A DNA stretch of 62,956 nucleotides, counting the filler, from Chiloscyllium plagiosum (lineage: Eukaryota), in NCBI RefSeq assembly GCF_004010195.1. It is 4 parts of one record of this genome, joined end to end, with 100 filler letters (N's around TTAATTAATTAA, not from the genome) between each part and the next. Parts side by side here need not be neighbours in the genome. Positions count along the whole stretch, not along the records: positions 54,891 to 62,956 come from NC_057713.1; 3 more parts are not named here. One strand, 5' to 3'. The position numbers were made by a program, and so were the translations under genes. The notes beneath the pieces are model-generated. The model did not search any database, was not told where the DNA came from, and worked only from the letters and a program-made list of their open reading frames with translations. How positions within the stretch are numbered: position 1 is the first letter of the stretch; each line of letters starts with the position of its first letter. Positions 59,547-62,956 of the stretch are shown piece by piece.

Positions 59547-61180
59547 AGAGTCATAGAGTTATACAGGTAAAAAAGACCTCACGGTCCAACTCGTCCATGC
59601 TGACCAGATATCCTAAATAAATCTAGGCCCATTGCCCAGCATTTGGCCCATATCCCTCTAAATCCTTCCTATTCATGTATCCATCCAGATGTTTTTAAAT
59701 GCTGTAATTGTACCAGCCTCCACCACTTCCTCTTGTATCTCATCCCATACACGTACCACCCTCTACGTGAAACAGTAGCTCCTTAGGTCTCTTTTATATC
59801 TTGCCCCTCTCACCTTAAACCTAAGTCCTCCAGTTTTAAACTCCTCCAACCCAGGAAAAGTCCTTGTCTATTTATCTTATCCATGCCCCTCTTGATTGTA
59901 TTAACCTCTATAATGTCATCCCTCAGCCTCCGATGCTCCAGGGAAAACTGCCCCAGCCTAAGCAACCCCACCGCACCTTGGCCGAACACATTAACTCCCC
60001 CTCACACTCTGCCAAGGACATGCAGGTGCTGGGCCTCCTCCATCACCAAACTCTAACCACCCAACACCTGGAGGAAGAACACCTCATCTTCTGCCTTGGG
60101 ACCCTCCAACCACACGGGATTAATATGGATTTCACCAGTTTCCTCACTTCCCTCCCCCCACAGATCCAGCCTTCTAACTCGGCGCCACCCACATAACCTG
60201 TCCTACCTGTCCATCGTCATTCCCACCCATCTGCTCCACCCTCCTCACCCACCTATCACCTTCACCCCCACCTTCACTTAACTATTGCACTCTCAGCTAT
60301 CTTTCTTCCAGCCCCACCCTCTCCCATTTGTCCCTCAACCACCTCCCCAACCACTCCCCCCAACCCACGCACCCCAGCCCCCCAGCCACAAGCCTCATTC
60401 CTGAAGAAGGACCTGCTGTGTTTTTCCAGCACCACCCTCTCGATTCTGATCTCTAGCATCTGCGGTCCTCACTTTCTCTCAGCCTATTCAACCTCTCCCT
60501 GTAGCTCAAGCCCTCCAACCCTGGCAACAGCCTTGTAAATCTTTTCTGAGCCCTTTCAAATTCCACAACATTCTTCCGATAGCAGGGAGACCAGAATTGC
60601 ACATAGTATTCCAAAGGTGGCCTAACCAATGTCCTGTACAGCTGCAACATGACCTCCCAACTCCTGTACTCAATGGCCTGACTAATAAAGGGAAACAAAC
60701 TAAAAGCCTTCTTCACTATCTACTTGTGACTCCACTTTCAAGGAACTGTGAATCTGCACTTTGTTCAGCAACACTCCTCAGAAACTTACCATTAAGTGTA
60801 TAAGTGCTGCACTGATTTGCCTTTCCAAAATGCAACACCTCACATTTATCTAAATTAAACTCCATCTGCCACTCCTCAGTCCATTGGCCCATCTGATCAA
60901 TATCCTGTTGTACTCTGAGGTAACTTTCTTGGCTGAGTACTACACATCTAATTTTGGTGTCATCTGCAAACTTACTAACTATACCTCCTATGTTCACTTC
61001 CAAATCATTTATATAATGATGAAAAGCAGTGGACCCAGCGCCGATCGTTGTGGCACACCACTGGTCAAAGGCCTCCAGTCTGAAAAGCAATCCTCCACCA
61101 CCACCTTCTGTCTTCTACCTTCCAGCCAGTTCTGTATCCAAATGGCTGGTTCTCCATGTGATCTAACCTTGCAAACCAGT
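59547..61180 (-). mobile_element. CR1 RT and 3' end, interrupted by a PLE
   Basis: YINDLEVNIGGIVSKFADDTKI, LYRTLVRPPLEYYVQFWSP and tail. Confidence 0.9.
59961..60478 (+). mobile_element. PLE 3' fragment (GIY-YIG C-terminus plus terminus)
   Basis: AEHINSPSHSAKDMQVLGL...LEEEHLIFCLGTLQPHGINMDF. CAGCCTA is duplicated on both sides. Confidence 0.85.
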
Positions 61181-61644
61181 ACTTGATAAGCATATGGAGG
61201 TTTGCTGGCATTTCCTCAGCTAAGTTTTGCAACTTTGACAGGTTAATTAAAAATGAAGGTTGAAAGCCTCAGGGGTCCTGAGAGTGACTTGTGGTGTTAC
61301 CTTTTCATCAAAAATGATTGGGAAGAGCTGTCTCACATCCTTTCAATCATTGCAAATTACAGGCAGTCGGACACGTCAATGTGCAGAAACAGTAACAACT
61401 TCCTGCTGGAAGTAGCCAGCAGGTCAGTCAGCGAACTGTGGAGAGAAGCAGTGAACAACATGTCAAGTCTGTGGCCTCCCATCAGGTCAGTGAGCAGTGT
61501 TCTATGCAGGCGTTTCATTAGAAGAACACGATCATTTGTAATTCCTTGAGTCTATTGCACTGCAAGCAGCCAGCAACAGCACACCGCTCGATCTTCTATT
61601 TAAAAATCCATCCAGCGTGGAACCACCTGCCCTATAATTAGGTT

Positions 61645-61937
61645 AGATTAATTACAGTGTGGAAACAGGCCCTTCGGCCCAACAAGTTCACACCAACCCT
61701 CCGAAGACCAACGCACCCAGACCTACGTTTACCCCTTCACCTATCACTACAGGCAATTTAGCATGGCCAATTCACCTGATCTGCATATTTTATGGACAGT
61801 GGGAGGAAACCGGAGCACCCGGAGGAAACCCACACAGACACGGGGAGAATGTGCAAACTCCACACAGACAGGAATTGAACCCGGGTCTCTGGCACTGCTA
61901 GGCAGCAGTGCTAACCACTGAGCCCACTGTGCCACCC
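61645..61937 (-). mobile_element. HE1-type SINE
   Basis: A-box TGGCTCAGTGG-like head, B-box GGTTCAATTCC, V-domain and CR1-like tail. Homologous to 31806-32095. Confidence 0.88.
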
Positions 61938-62539
61938 ATGAATTCATTTGAATTATAAAATCTTACAAAGCTGTAGCACTGAATGAGGCTATGTGTCCCA
62001 TCAGGTCTGTGCCGGATCCTTGAAAGAGAATTTAGTCCCTCACCACTGCCCCTAACCCTTCAACACATTAATAAATCAAAATCTCTTGATCTGCACCTTA
62101 AATCTATTCAGTCACTTTTTTAAAAAAAATGTTTATGGATTTATTTAAATGTCGAGGAAGCTGTAGCACAGAGGGATTAGGCCAATGTGCATAGGTCACC
62201 AAATAGCTAGACTCCTAGCTCAGCAAGTAACAGCAAAGGCAGTGGAATATTGAGCTTTATTTCAAAGGGAATGGAGCATTAGAAACAGACAGGTCACATT
62301 AAAACTATATTAGGCACTAGTCAGATCACAGTTGGAATACTGTGAACAGTTTTAGTCCTGATCTAAGGAAGGATACACCAACAGTGGAGGCAGTCTGGAG
62401 AAGGTTCATTAGGCTAACATCAGGCATGGAGGGTCTTGTGTGGAGAGGTTGAGTTTGCAGTCATTAAATCTTGGAAGAATAGGGATGCAAACTTATTAAA
62501 ATATATAAGATTCCGAGAGGACTTGACTGAGTAGATGTT

Positions 62540-62748
62540 AGTCAAGATGAGAGTGGTGCTGGAAAAGCACAGCAGGTCAGGCAGCATCCAAGGAGCAGGA
62601 AAATCGACGTTTCAGGTAAAAGCCCTTCATCAGGAATGGCTGAAATATTGATTTTCCTGCTCCTCAGCTGCTGCGAAACCTGCTATGCTTTTCCAGCACC
62701 ATTTTAATCTTGAATCTAGTCTCCAGCGTCTGCAGTACCCACTTCTAC
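62540..62748. mobile_element. Older palindromic PLE insertion within a decayed plus-strand CR1 (~62180-62540)
   Basis: Diverged inverted arms GTGGTGCTGGAAAAGCAC / GCTTTTCCAGCACC. Confidence 0.75.
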
Positions 62749-62756
62749 CTGGGGTA

Positions 62757-62956
62757 GATAGAACATAGAATATAGAACATAGAACAGTACAGCACAGAAC
62801 AGGCCCTTCAGCCCACGATGTTGTGCCGACCATTGATCCTCATGTACGCACCCTCAAATTTCTGTGACCATATGCATGTCCAGTAGTCTCTTAAATGTCC
62901 CCAATGACCTTGCTTCCACAACTCTGCTGGCAACGCATTCCATGCTCTCACAACTC
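62757..62956 (-). mobile_element. CR1 3' end (runs off window)
   Basis: (ATAGAAC)n tail followed by CAGTACAGCACAGAACAGGCCCTTC. Confidence 0.85.

Overview
Repeat-dominated vertebrate genomic DNA, almost certainly from a shark: it carries HE1-type SINEs, HER1/CR1 LINEs and the elasmobranch-style 32-bp minisatellite. It is a draft assembly with six N-gaps, three of them 100-bp artificial joins containing a TTAATTAATTAA linker. The only host coding sequence I can support is two minus-strand exons (10653-10898 Ig domain; 9538-9658 first half of the cytokine-binding FN3 domain) of an IL6R-like class I cytokine receptor. The signal-peptide exon and downstream exons were not found. The rest is mostly decayed retroelements: many CR1 copies (two with an SGNH-esterase ORF1, one of them also with its zinc finger), an RTE, an L1/Tx1, Penelope-like elements (PLEs), SINEs, a Tc1/mariner-type MITE, an LTR with a tRNA-Ser primer-binding site, and two minisatellite types. 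The most interesting signals are: (i) short, TSD-flanked, palindromic PLE-derived insertions carrying minimal hammerhead-ribozyme cores, on both strands in one copy, with variable loops but fixed stems; (ii) PLE insertion scars that copied or folded back neighbouring DNA; (iii) an array of tRNA T-arm/B-box hairpins in the leader behind the LTR/PBS. Element boundaries are read by eye and are approximate unless a TSD or splice site is cited.
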